Assembly (NCBI RefSeq): GCF_001194135.2
Contig: NC_068992.1
Coordinates: forward strand, 22,692,851 to 22,756,850
Length of the DNA: 64,000 nucleotides
Reading direction: 5' to 3'
DNA from: Octopus bimaculoides
Taxonomy: Eukaryota
A model generated the notes under the pieces. The model searched no databases. It saw only the letters and a list, made by a program, of their open reading frames with translations, and was not told the DNA's origin. A program made the translations under genes and the position numbers. This document shows positions 1-12,566 of this stretch, piece after piece (the first letter of the stretch is position 1; each line of letters begins with the position of its first letter).

Positions 1-169
1 GTTTCGACGAGCTTGGGCAGGACGCATCGCAGATTAAATTTGTATACGCAAATTAAATCTAGCCATGGAGGAATGTAGTGGCGGACAAAAAACAAGACAG
101 GAAAACAAAAAGAAAAGGCTTTACGGCCAGACGAGAAAAATTATGTGTGTAAGAACGCGATGAGGCATA

Positions 170-220
170 TATATATATACATATATGTATGTATGTATGT
201 ATGTATGTATTTATTCCCGA

Positions 221-251
<31 letters not shown>

Positions 252-312
252 TCTATTTATCTAACTAACTATCAATCTGTCTATCTATACAAATATGTGT
301 GTATGTGTGTAT
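170..312. repeat. (TA)n/(TATG)n/(CTAT)n compound microsatellite
   Basis: Direct reading of tatg/ctat runs. Confidence 0.95.
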
Positions 313-1873
313 GTGTACACATAGACGCATATATACATAGACAAATACACTCTTCACACATAAATATATGCATATAATTATATACTTTCCATTCTATACC
401 AACTTTATGAAAATACTTTATGCAATACAGTTTGAAAATTATACTTTCCTTCAAAGGATAGTAAATTTCATATTTTCTTTTGTTTTGTGCTATTCTAGCA
501 CAAATAAATATTGCAAACAATTCTTTAATTAGAGTTCTAAGAACAGTCGAAGCACAAGTTAGGTTTGATTTTACTCGTATTGGAATTTATTTTCGCAATA
601 TATTATCACTTTTGCACTGTTTTATTTTGTTGAAGTTTTACTCTGATCAAATTGAGGACAGTTCACTGCGTATTGTTTCACCAACGTCTTGTATCACTGT
701 AATTAACTCCACGGTATTGTTATCTAAAATGATAAAGTACTATTCTATTCAATAATGTTTCTACAATCTTCGAAATTAAACAGTTGCTGCTATGAAAGAG
801 TTGTTGTAGTTATAGTAAGAAAAGAAGTATGATTGATATATCTGACCTAATTTAACTTAAATGCTGAAAGGAATGCTTCTGATTCTGATATAGATGTGTA
901 TATGATTGGAAAATTATATATAATCGAATTGTACGCGAATCGATCATGTTAACATCAGTTTAAAGTGCCGGGGGCGGTTTGTTGATACAAAATGAAACAA
1001 GATCTATGAATACTAATGTGTGATCTGGAAACAGAATTGAATATGTATACAAGTAAAAGGAATAATTCTATTGAATATTACAAATCACCAAAGGAATTGT
1101 ATCAAAGAGGAAACGTTAAAGATGCTTTCGGAAATATTATTTTAAATATTTTAAATTCTTATAAATCTTTCGAAATTTGTAGGGAAACATTTATGATACA
1201 ATGTAAATGGGATTTTGCGATATGTTTCAAAATTGCAGCAAGAAGTTTGGCGAGAGTTAAAGTAAGGGGAACATTGAAATTGTAAGACTAATATATTGAT
1301 TTCAGTGAAAACATATACAAAGGCGTATATCTATACACATGCACAAACAGTCAAATATATAAAAGATAAATTAGCGTTGATAATGTATGGGTACTTCCAT
1401 ACATCTATAAAAACTAACAGTAAATTCCAATATTCTATTGTGACTAAGAGTTTTAGTAAATGCTACACATTTCTGGATCGTCTTTAAACTTTTAGTTAGT
1501 GTTACAAATATAAAAATACCATATACATATACTTAAATACATACATTACATATATACGTTTCAAAAGCTAAACAGGGTCGACAAAGTAGCGAGCGGAGAA
1601 TCCGCTCGCAATGAATGGGCGTACTCTCTCTCTCTCTCTCTCTATATATATATNNNNNNNNNNNNNNNNNNNNNNNNNNNNNNNNNNNNNNNNNNNNNNN
1701 NNNNNNNNNNNNNNNNNNNNNNNNNNNNNNNNNNNNNNNNNNNNNNNNNNNNNNNNNNNNNNNNNNNNNNNNNNNNNNNNNNNNNNNNNNNNNNNNNNNN
1801 NNNNNNNNNNNNNNNNNNNNNNNNNNNNNNNNNNNNNNNNNNNNNNNNNNNNNNNNNNNNNNNNNNNNNNNNN

Positions 1874-1919
<46 letters not shown>

Positions 1920-2799
1920 TAATATACATGTATAAACGACTGTATGATATGTATATACGTAATACAGTTATATGTATACCTATATGTTTGTGTGTGCGTC
2001 TGTGTATGTATGTGTGTATAAGTGTATCTGTGCGCTTGTACGTATGTGTTTGTGGAAAATATATAAATTATTTGTACGCTAGAGATAGTTGCATTTAAGC
2101 ATTGAAATTATACTTTATCAGTGATAAAAATAATTAGTAGTGAAGAATTTTTAATTAATTATTTCTGTTACCAAAAATGAACGTTGGACTCAAAAAGAAG
2201 TAATTTATTAGAGTTAAAAACGAGAAAAAAAGAAGAACGGAGAATGAATTAGTACCTGATAGAAGGTAAATTAATTAAACTTTAAACGTAATATTGTCAT
2301 ATTTCAAATGCTTTGGCACCTGTCACTATGTTCGTTGCATTAAGCTGAATAAGCTGTGATAAAATACAATTTTTCTATGAGGCACACACACAAAAAAAAA
2401 AAAAAAATGCCTGTCAGAATTCGATGAAAATTTATTCTCAGATGTCATTTTTACGGATATTTTTTAAGAGCAAATTTTTTGACATATTTCTATTTATGCT
2501 TATTTCTACCCGGCATGTTCAAGTTGTTTATTGTACACGCGTATGGAGAAATAGTTTGCAATAATATATTACAAGGCACGTAGAATTGTTCAATTTAACA
2601 TGTTATCTTCTCAGCTAAATGGAGTTATTTTAAATAAATTTATTGAAATAACTATTCATTTTTTGCAAAATCTAAATTCTGCAATTGTCGCTAGTCAGAA
2701 TGCAAATCTTATCTTACATTATCAATTGTTGCAATGTGGAGGAAATGGACTACTGATAGTATTATAGCCAGTAATTCACTAAATAATGACCACGACTAC

Positions 2800-2912
2800 G
2801 ACGATGCCAACGACGACGATGATAATGATGATGGTGATGATGATGATGATGATGAGTGATGATGATGATCAACAGCCTCCTCCTCCTCCTCCTCCTCATC
2901 ATCATCATCATC
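2800..2912. repeat. Compound trinucleotide repeat (GAC/GAT)n-(CCT)n-(CAT)n
   Basis: Direct reading. Confidence 0.9.
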
Positions 2913-3609
2913 TGTGTTTTTGATATCTTTTTCCACTGCCATTCTCTCTCACTAATAAATAGTACACAACGTAATCCATCGATTTCTCAGCACAGCATCT
3001 ATTTTCCACCTTTCTTTTGAAGATCCTTGAGCCAACTCAATTAGCTGTGAAGTGGAATATAAATTATTGTAATAAATTCTTTAGTATGTTTCAACTATAA
3101 CAACATGTTTTTATAACACATAAATAACTCGAAATTTTTTATAGTAACGCAGTGAGGAATGGTCATTTAGGATATGAATGTGTTGAAGACCAGATTTCTG
3201 TGTAAGGAACTTACTCTCTCTTCGTCCATTTTGTGGTGCTAATAAATAGCATATTATTTAAGTTGCAATATTTCCCAGATAAATGGAAATGGGATCTAAA
3301 CATGGTGAAGAATTTCTTCATACATGCTGTATTTGTTTCCTGTGAGACGATACAAGCACATCCAGACGTACACACAATCACACGTACATACACACATATA
3401 TTGTCGCTTTTTTCCTCTGCATCAAGCATTCGGTTATATAAAAGTTAACAATGTTTTAAGGCGAAAACACTTCATTTTACAGAGTGTTCATGAACATTCT
3501 GAAATTATTTCTATGCATGTAGCATCCTACATGGTTCCTGTGATAGCTACATACAATTGTTAATACACAAGTAGATAAGTTAGGACGAGGAGAGCCATTT
3601 TACTAAAAG

Positions 3610-4400
3610 CATGGCATTAAGATTTATTGACTGCCATTCTGAACTCTATTGGATGTGGTAACTGTAATCATTTAAGGTTGAATGGAAGATTAATGTCAGA
3701 AGGTGTCAATTTAATTCTTCTCAATATGACATATTGTCCATAATGATCACCTGTGACAATGTCAGTCTAAATCATGTATTTATATAAATGGATTACTCAC
3801 ATACTTGTTCTATTGTAAGGCTAAGCTCATTAGCTTTATTACAGTTTAGCAATAGCATTACAAAATATCCACTTTGTAATCTTAAACCATTGGGCCGGGG
3901 ATCCAGTTGTTTCGAAAGATCATAGATTGTCTTCTTGATCGGAAGAATGAATGTTCCTCTAATTGACTGCCACCACATAAAGCATGTTAATAATTTCCTC
4001 ACATATTGAATTAACAAAGGCACTGATAGTTCATAGTATTTCTCGCTCTCTGATGTTTACTTGTCCAAAACATGATTTATGTTTTTACATTGCATACAAA
4101 ACCAGCACTCTTTGGAAAAATCAATCTTGCTATCACAGTCTAGTTACGAATACTACATGTCGCCCCATTTAAGATTCTCTGACTTCTGTAGCCCTGTGTT
4201 AATAGCAATGAAGAAAAAGCCATAAATATGGTCATGATAACTATTCTGCTATTGCCTTTCAAGTCAGGAACTGTATGCCGACAAATACGTAGAACACCAT
4301 AATCTTATCACCAAAAATTAAATGAACAGGAAAATATTTTTATAAAGTGAACTCAACAAATTCATAAACAAAAATGTATTACCTCGATCATTTTCCCCGT
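3610..4400 (-). mobile_element. Helitron PIF1-like helicase fossil (stops and frameshifts)
   Basis: Minus-strand translation gives FGDKIMVF (cf. FGGKVVVL), GLRLQSGYFVMLLLNCNKANEL (cf. LKLKVGAPVMLLRNLN) and [39 protein letters not shown] (cf. [34 protein letters not shown]), in the expected order. Confidence 0.8.
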
Positions 4401-4991
4401 ATGGTCATGACATCTATATCGTAAATGGAAATTGTAACTAGAAAGTTATGTATCATCATACAAATTAGGATTCTATATTCTTGATTTTTCCTCAAACAAA
4501 TTAGGGTTTTATAATCTTGATTTATCATATCTTTGAACTGTTTAAACTATTTTATTATTTGCTTGAAAATGCTTACAGCTCTATATAATTACAATAATTT
4601 CTTTCCCTTATACATAATGCTTTTGTTTCTGTTGTAGTAATTTTAATGATTCGCTGTGGATGCAATGTGCGTTCGTTCGTCTTTACTCAAATTAACTGAA
4701 AATAAAATTACTGATATATAATACTGAAACTAAAGCAGAAAATAAATTGCATTTCGAAACATAATATTTCGCTGATGTCTCCTTTTCTAATTCACCATCA
4801 AAACTGCGTCGTTTTTCTTTTTCTGTTTTGAGATGCAAAACCACAATGTTTTTGATTAATGTCATTGTGAAGAAACATTTTCTATAGACAGATGTTTATG
4901 CCAGAAGAAATAGATAATTATGAAAAATTTCTTCTTTCTTTCTCTCTCTCTCTCCCTCCCTAAATATATGTACATATAAAATAAAAGAATA

Positions 4992-5033
<42 letters not shown>

Positions 5034-5449
5034 NNNNNNNNNNNNNNNNNNNNNNNNNNNNNNNNNNNNNNNNNNNNNNNNNNNNNNNNNNNNNNNNNNN
5101 NNNNNNNNNATATATAGATGTTAAGTGCATACATATATCTGTGAGTGTATGTATGTATTTATATGTAGTTATTGCTGGGGGATTCCTAGTTACACATTTA
5201 ATTTTCATTCTTTTTGCAAGCAACATTTCACCTGTATTTCTATTCCTAGCATACATGAAGAAATAGGCTCTGTGTATGTTCAAAGTAATTATGCTTCATT
5301 TACAGTAAAAATGTGTTAATTAGAAATCCTGGTTTCCTTCATTCATTTGTGATATTAGAATTAATTTACATGTCTTCAAAAGTAGGATAATAGAAAGAAG
5401 AGGTGTAATGAAGCAATAGAATTTAGAATTAATAGAGATTTGTACAATA

Positions 5450-5700
5450 GATCGTAAAGTATTTTACTACGGCCCTCCACACACCGAATTCACACCTCGC
5501 TTTCACCGAATTTACCTATTATTCTTTCGATGTCAATAAAATACAAATCGTTTACTGGTTGCCATGTAACTGACTATACATTTACATGCATTCTTTTTGC
5601 ATAGGCACGGTTCAATGATTGAAACTATTAAATTTTAAAAAGCATTGTTGTGGAAATTGGTTATCGGGGACGCTCTTCGGTTTAACAAACATATTCTTTA
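5450..5700 (-). mobile_element. Possible Helitron Rep-domain remnant
   Basis: VPDNQFPQQCFLKFNSFNH*TVP...MYSQLHGN weakly resembles DNRWVVPYNPYLLLKFNAHINVE...YKYVHKG. Same strand as, and upstream of, the helicase fossil. Confidence 0.35.
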
Positions 5701-5877
5701 ACCAAAATTAAAAAATAAATGTGAAGGTATTACTCATCAAGTATGCGTGAATGGACGGACGTTTTATAATCTCTACAAAGTTAATTAATACATCCCATGG
5801 AACGTACCTTATGATTATAGAATAAATGACGTTAGGAATTTTGTTTTAGAACATATATTTAATTTTAATCATAGAAA

Positions 5878-6035
5878 AGCGGGCGTGACCGCGTGGTAAG
5901 AAGCTTCCTCCCCAACCACATAATTCTGGGTTCAGTCTAGTGTGTGGAACCTTGGGCAAGTGTTTTCTAATGTAGGTTGGCAGCAACCAAAATGGATTTG
6001 GTAGACTGAAACTGATAAAAGCCCGTCGTATATAT
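5878..6035 (+). mobile_element. tRNA-derived SINE family B, 5' half
   Basis: GCGTGACCGCGTGGTAAGAAGCTT head, GGGTTCAGTC B-box-like motif, CCTTGGGCAAGTG central box, GCCCGTCG(TA)n end. Matches 37728-37895. Confidence 0.85.
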
Positions 6036-7592
6036 ATAGGGAAAGGAAGAATATAATATCTAGACACATATCGAATTTCTGTATGTAAAGCGTACAGGCT
6101 GGCCCCTTTAGATGAGGGGTTGGGGAAATCCCACCCGCCGGTGCAATTGCGCCCACGAACCCATTTTATTTCACCCGCAGTCTGGTAAACTCGTATGTAC
6201 AGAATATAGTAAATTTTTCATCATAAAAGTTACACAATAGTTGTATGCCTATTGCGACATAGGTCACCTTTCCACTATGAATTCAAATGGTTAGACTCAA
6301 ACAGAAAATTGTCCGTAATTGTCATTTGAGTGGAAACTTTGTTTTCACTATAAAACACATATTGCTAGGTTTGTACAATATCCTTGAGACCCAACTACAA
6401 GAGCTTTGACCACAAAAAAAAAAAAAAGAATCGCATATTTAATAAATGAATAGAATTTAACCAGTGTGTGTATTAATTATATTGGCATGGTGACTCTCCC
6501 TAGACACAACGAAATAAATAAGTAAAGCCACATATTTAATGTCTGTGATCAACAAAGATATGTAGACTATAAAAAAATGACTAATGTCATTTTAGAAATT
6601 TTAGAATTAAGTGAGATTTATTGGGTTTGGAATACATTCACAACATTGTTATTTTATGGAATCATGATAACTGATCATGTTCCATAATTAGTAAAGTACT
6701 GGACGGACATCCATGTCGTTAATTGATTAAAATTCAAGACGAACCATACAATTAAATCAGTGGCTGAACATAGAATTATATCGAAACTTTATGACGGTTT
6801 TGACGTCCCAGACGAAACTGCAAACCACAGGGACATCAACAATTATTATAGTATGTGGCTGGCTCATAAATCATCAACGGATTACGATTATAATCATAAA
6901 ACAGGTTGAGATGTGACATGTTAAAAAAATGCGTGTTAAACGCTGAACAAATTCCATGATTAAATAGCGGAGAAGAGAAACATACGTGTTCACGGTAAAC
7001 AAGCTGTGAATCAAATGAAATAGAAGTGGCGAAAACGGAAGTAGTACGTGTGTAACTGAGGAATAGATAGCTGTAAAGGGGAGACATAAATAGGTTATAT
7101 TGAATGGAAAAATGGACACAAAAAGACAGAAAAATTGAAAAGAAATTTTAAAAGCAAGAAGTTGAGAGAAGCAAACCGAGAATGGTGCATGAGTCACTGC
7201 CTTTACCAGCAAAAGAAATGGGCCCGAAAATACTACGCTCCACTTTTTCTTTCTTTCTTTCTTTCACCTGTTTGCATTTCCTTTCACGGTCTTAACAACA
7301 GTATATATCTATTTTCTTTTACGCACCTGAGGCGCACAGCTCCGTCTGAAATATCGAAACCGCTATTCTCGATCGGCATTTTGGGACGAGTAAGGTCCCC
7401 GTTAGTGTATATGTTTTCATTTATGTGCATTAACTGTATCATTAGAGCGGTTTAACTCTTATATCTAGCAATGTAGGTGTCTCATAACACCCTAGTAACA
7501 GTCAGTGTGATTTGTAGTTCTGACTTTTGGCGAAATCTTGCAAACTGGAGTTCATATTAACTTTATGATATATATATATATATATATACATA

Positions 7593-7885
7593 TTTCGGTG
7601 CGAATGGTTTTTTATACGGCGCCGATTTTACAATCCTATAAATAATAATAATGGTATTTTTATGTAAGCTAAAAGCTCATGGCGATCACCGTGTAATGAC
7701 TAAAGAAAATAGTCTAATAAAGGGTCATATAAGTCCGCGACAGGAAAAAAGAAGGCTTTCCTATCCACGTGGTTGTCGAACCCACGCCCCTTTGTTAAGG
7801 CGACTAAATGTATTACCTTTACACCAGCGAATCAGCCTCCCCATTTCTATCAATTTTAAGAACTGTAACAGTTCGTGTTTGTTTT
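7593..7885 (-). mobile_element. tRNA-like repeat (family F) copy 1
   Basis: Reverse complement aligns (~80%) with 8090-8312 and 7904-8066; contains TGGTGTAAAGG A box and GGTTCGAC B box. Confidence 0.75.
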
Positions 7886-7903
7886 TTCCAAATCCCACGC
7901 GCT

Positions 7904-8066
7904 TAGGAAAGCCTTCTCTTTTCTGTCGAGAGCTTATATGCCTCTTTATTCGACAATTGTCCATAGTTATTGCAGTTTGATCGCCATAAGCTTTAAGGTT
8001 ATATAAAAATATCATTATTTACAGGATTGTAAACTCGGCGTCGTATAGAAAACCATTCGTACCAAA
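7904..8066 (+). mobile_element. Family F copy 2 (3' half only)
   Basis: taggaaagccttc...ccattcgtacc is the inverted counterpart of 7593-7763. Confidence 0.75.
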
Positions 8067-8089
8067 AGCATAAAGAAGCTTTGTCTGCA

Positions 8090-8312
8090 TAAAAGCAAAT
8101 ACGAACTATTATAGTTCTTAAATTTGACAGAATTGGGGAGGCTGATTCATTGGTGTAACGGTAACACACTTAGTCGAGTTAACAAAGGGATGTGGTTTCG
8201 ACTCCTACGCGGCTAGGAAAGCCTTCGTTTTTCTACCTTTTTATTAGATTATTTTGCTTAGTCATTGCACGTTGATCGCCATAAACTTTAAGCTTACATA
8301 AAGATACCATTA
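8090..8312 (+). mobile_element. Family F copy 3 (leader + tRNA-like head + partial body)
   Basis: A box TGGTGTAACGG 8151-8161, B-box-like GGTTTCGACTCC 8194-8205; body matches copies 1 and 2. Confidence 0.75.
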
Positions 8313-8666
8313 TATATATATATATAGAAAGAAAGAAAGACGGCGGGAAAGACGTAGGGTATATTATTGAATTTCAACTAAATTCTTATTTTCGCAAAAC
8401 ACTTTCAACCAGTAGTCAGCATACTTAAAAACGCCCGAGGACCGTGAATTCTATTTAAGTATAAACAATAGGAGAGACTTCTATGTTGATACCTTGTATG
8501 CTAAAAATAGACGTCAAACTGACTTACCACGTTTACGCAAATTAGCCAGACACTAGATGTTTACGAACTAGACAAATGAAAAGAAATAAACATAGCACTT
8601 AATTCCATTCCTGATGCAAATTATCCACATGAATTCTATATTTTCTTTTTAATGATGTATCTATGT

Positions 8667-8700
<34 letters not shown>

Positions 8701-9824
8701 ACACGCGCGCGCGCATACGCAATCACACAAGTACATACACACACATAAGCGCATACACACACAAAAGACCAACAGATAATGAGGTTTTGGGTAACACTGA
8801 AGTATTAATAGCTTAATACTACATTATAATACTGAAAAGTGTAGGGTGTCATTTCGAGGATCTATCTAAACCTTTTACTATAAATGCCTTGGGTAGAATG
8901 TGTATGTTAATATATTCGTACATTAGAGTTAAGAGAAGATTTGATTGCTGAAAAATGCAGATAATAAATGTAGGTAACATCTAAAAGTTTCAACGAATAT
9001 TTTGAAGACTGTTAAGCCACATTCCTTTAGCTCTTTACTGATATTTGTATTGGATTCTGAAGAAAGATTCCATTTGGCATTACTCTAACTGACAGATGAA
9101 GTACTGGAATCGAAAACATAATTTAATAAACTGAGATGTCATTCAGGAAACATAGCTGGATGTTTAGGAATCACCTGCTTAGGATTAAGTACATTTTTAC
9201 GCATACGTGAAACATTTTGTGCTTCAGATTTTACACATACGTGACAATTCAGACCATATATAGCTTGTAAGTTGTTCAGTTCAAGAGGACGGGGTTTGGC
9301 TGGTTGTATGTATTGTTTTAGCAATGTGCATGTGGTAGATTACAGATAAGCTGTGTATGAATGAAAACATGTACAAATGGAAAGAAGCACAGAATGGGGC
9401 GTATCGCTTAACCTGATAATCATTCGTTAGAGAGTTTACGGTAGTTAATAAAATGCAGGAATGAATGAATTTGTGACGTGGGAGTGGGTAAATACTGAAG
9501 AAAAGCACATATACTATTACATTCGTACACACATACATACACTACACGTACGTCATTACGCACGTGTCCTAACATGCATACAGATATAGATGCATGTACG
9601 CGTGAGCACACGTGTGTATGTGTGTACATAATCGGACAACGGGAGGATAATCTCAAAACTCATATTCATATTTATATGCATATTCATGCGAAATGGCATT
9701 CTGTTACAGATGTCGAGACTTCGTTTATTTGAACGTGTTGTATATTTCGGTTTTACCATACTTGCAGATCAGTTATTCCAGCAAAAATAAAAGACTATAT
9801 TTTTGGATGAAAGTAATTTATGTA

Positions 9825-10024
9825 AACTGGTTTCAAATTTCCGCCCAAGGGCAAGAATTGTGGTGGAGGGTACAAGTCGATTGTACCGACCCTGGCGCTC
9901 AGCTAGCACTTATTTTATCGACCCCGAAAGGATGAACTGGCAAAGTCGACCCTTGTAGCGTTTCAAGTCACAAATGCCACTAAGTGTTTTTTCCAGCTCT
10001 GTAACGATTCTGCTAGCTCGCCGC
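9825..10024 (-). mobile_element. SINE family A copy
   Basis: gaccccgaaaggatgaa...gcaaagtcgac body and ctgctagctcgccgc head, shared with many copies in the window. Confidence 0.85.
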
Positions 10025-10830
10025 TTTAAGTAATGTATAACAATTAAAAGATCCCAGACTCGACTGAAAATGCTCAATGGCCCAAAATAGCATAATTTAT
10101 TTATACAGGGACGTTTGGACTGTCACACAATAAATTCTACGCTTATTGCAATTTAAGATGCCGACAAAGTCAAATAGACAGACAGAATCACGTGTCCATG
10201 TTTTTATCGAATCACGTGTCCATAGTTTTATCTGCCTGCAAAAACTAGCTTCTTTCACCTATATAACAAATCGACACTGTACATTTCAAATAATAAAATG
10301 TTTATTCTTATGTGAAGTCCATAAGCAATCCGACGAATGATTTGGTTTGTGTGCTGAAATTCTGCAGAACTTTCATACAAGTTATTCCGTACATCTCCGG
10401 TGAGATTTAACATCTAAAATCATGCTATTGGTTCCTTTAAGACAATTCTTGTATCACTTCATATATATGAATATAAATATAAATATATATGCATACATAT
10501 ATAAATATACGTGTGTGTGTGTATATGTATACACATACATATATATGTCTATGTATATTTGTGGATATATATATATATATAAATATATATATATANNNNN
10601 NNNNNNNNNNNNNNNNNNNNNNNNNNNNNNNNNNNNNNNNNNNNNNNNNNNNNNNNNNNNNNNNNNNNNNNNNNNNNNNNNNNNNNNNNNNNNNNNNNNN
10701 NNNNNNNNNNNNNNNNNNNNNNNNNNNNNNNNNNNNNNNNNNNNNNNNNNNNNNNNNNNNNNNNNNNNNNNNNNNNNNNNNNNNNNNNNNNNNNNNNNNN
10801 NNNNNNNNNNNNNNNNNNATCTTATACACA

Positions 10831-10861
<31 letters not shown>

Positions 10862-11864
10862 TTGGAATACTATATATATATAAATATGTGGGATACAATA
10901 AAATCTTATTGCTCTTCCATAAAACCATCAGGATCTTCTACGTAAATTACACGAAAAACAGCGCACAAATTGTTTAACATCTTAAAATGCTTACATCGTA
11001 GCCATTACAAAATGTTAGACATTATGCCTATACAAAATACTCCATGCCATTACTTTCATTGTTACCAACAATCTTATTGATGTTTCAATCATGTCCAATG
11101 ATAATTTCGTCGGAAAATTTGGCACAAGAACATTTTCAAACATTGTTATATCTGACATTTGGAATAACACCAGAATGTCAAGTGCTGTTCTTCTATTGAA
11201 AATATATATTGTATATATACACTTTGAAAGTTATGAATCTGTATAGACAAATTTGGTGATAAAAGTCATCAATTATATGTAACCAGTAGAAACGATATAT
11301 ATATATGTATATAAGTATATACAGTGCAAAATGGATTCTAGTGGAGAGAGATCATGATTGAAATAAAAGATCATTATTATATATTATCTCAACATGTGAA
11401 TTTGTATATGAACCTCCACAAGATCACACATTAGGGTGTCATAGACCGAAGCACCACTGTAATCAAGCCCCATGTCTTTGAGCATTATATTATTAATGAA
11501 ATAATGTTTTCCCTACTAAATGTATTAAGTGTAGTTGTGTTATGTCGTCCAGCGGCATTATTTTCATAAAAATAAAATACACAAAATTGCCCAAACTTGG
11601 AAATCTTGACAATATCACCAAGTTCTTAAAATATTTCAGATGTTTCATCCTTATATAAATACAAATGTCCAAATTAATGCTGCTGGTGGGGGTTTCTTTC
11701 TGAAGACAATTAGAACATTACAGGTATCACAGCTTGCAGGTTGTCACTACACTTTAGGTTTAACAATTTTGGCGTTATTTGAACTACAAAGAACCTATGT
11801 TCCATTACTCGCACGGATTAACACTTTTCTTCCTATCAAATACTTTCCTATTTATGCCATACCT

Positions 11865-12195
11865 GTGAAGACACGTGGATTCGTGGTTAGGGTGTTCCAC
11901 TCACGATCGTAAGGTCGTGAGTTCAATTTCCGGCAGCGCCTTGTTTCCTTCAGCAAGACAATTCATTTCACGTTGCTACAGTTCACTCAGCCGGCAAAAA
12001 AGAGTTGTTCCTGTATTTCAAAGGGCCAGCCTTGTCACACTCTGTGTCAGGCTGCATCTCCCCCTGAGGACTACGTGAAGGGTTCACGTGACTGTGGAGT
12101 TCTCAGCTACTTGCACATTAACTTCACGAGCAGGATGTTCCTTTGGGCGGATCAGCTGGAACCCTCTTCGTCTTATAACAGCGGAGTGCCAGTTA
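11865..12195 (+). mobile_element. SINE family C (tRNA head + CCTTGAGCAAGAC box + tail T1)
   Basis: GTGGTTAGGG A box, GAGTTCAATTTCC B box; tail ...ACTTGCACATTAACTTCACGAGCAGG...CGGAGTGCC shared with 15872-16171 and 62944-63318. Confidence 0.85.
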
Positions 12196-12350
12196 TACCA
12201 TACATTCCCGAGTTCAATTGTAATAAATTGAGATAAATTAAAAATGTCGTCTTTATGGGAAGTGAATATGATTTTAATATGGCATGATCTGACCTCTGAA
12301 TATGAGATAAAAATTATTTTCATCCATAAATGCATTCATCTACTAGCTTA

Positions 12351-12566
12351 ATATTGGTTTCAAATTTTGGTACAAGGCCAGCAATTCTAGAGCAGAGGTA
12401 AGTCGATTACATCGAGCCAGGTACAAAGAAGCAACTAATTTTATAGATTTTGAAAGGATGTAAAGCAGAGTAGATCTAGGTGGAATTTGAACTCACAACG
12501 CAAAGACGGAGGAAGTGCAGCTAAGCTTTTGGCCCGACGTGCTAACGATCTTGCTAGCTCGCCGCC
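12351..12566 (-). mobile_element. SINE family A, full length
   Basis: atattggtttcaaattttgg tail through gctagctcgccgcc head. Confidence 0.85.

Noticed and set aside
1016-1285. 89-aa ORF
   Set aside because: Non-ATG start, AT-rich composition and no motif recognised.
10186-10224. Duplicated GAATCACGTGTCCAT with E-box cores
   Set aside because: A short local duplication; with no promoter context a regulatory role cannot be supported.
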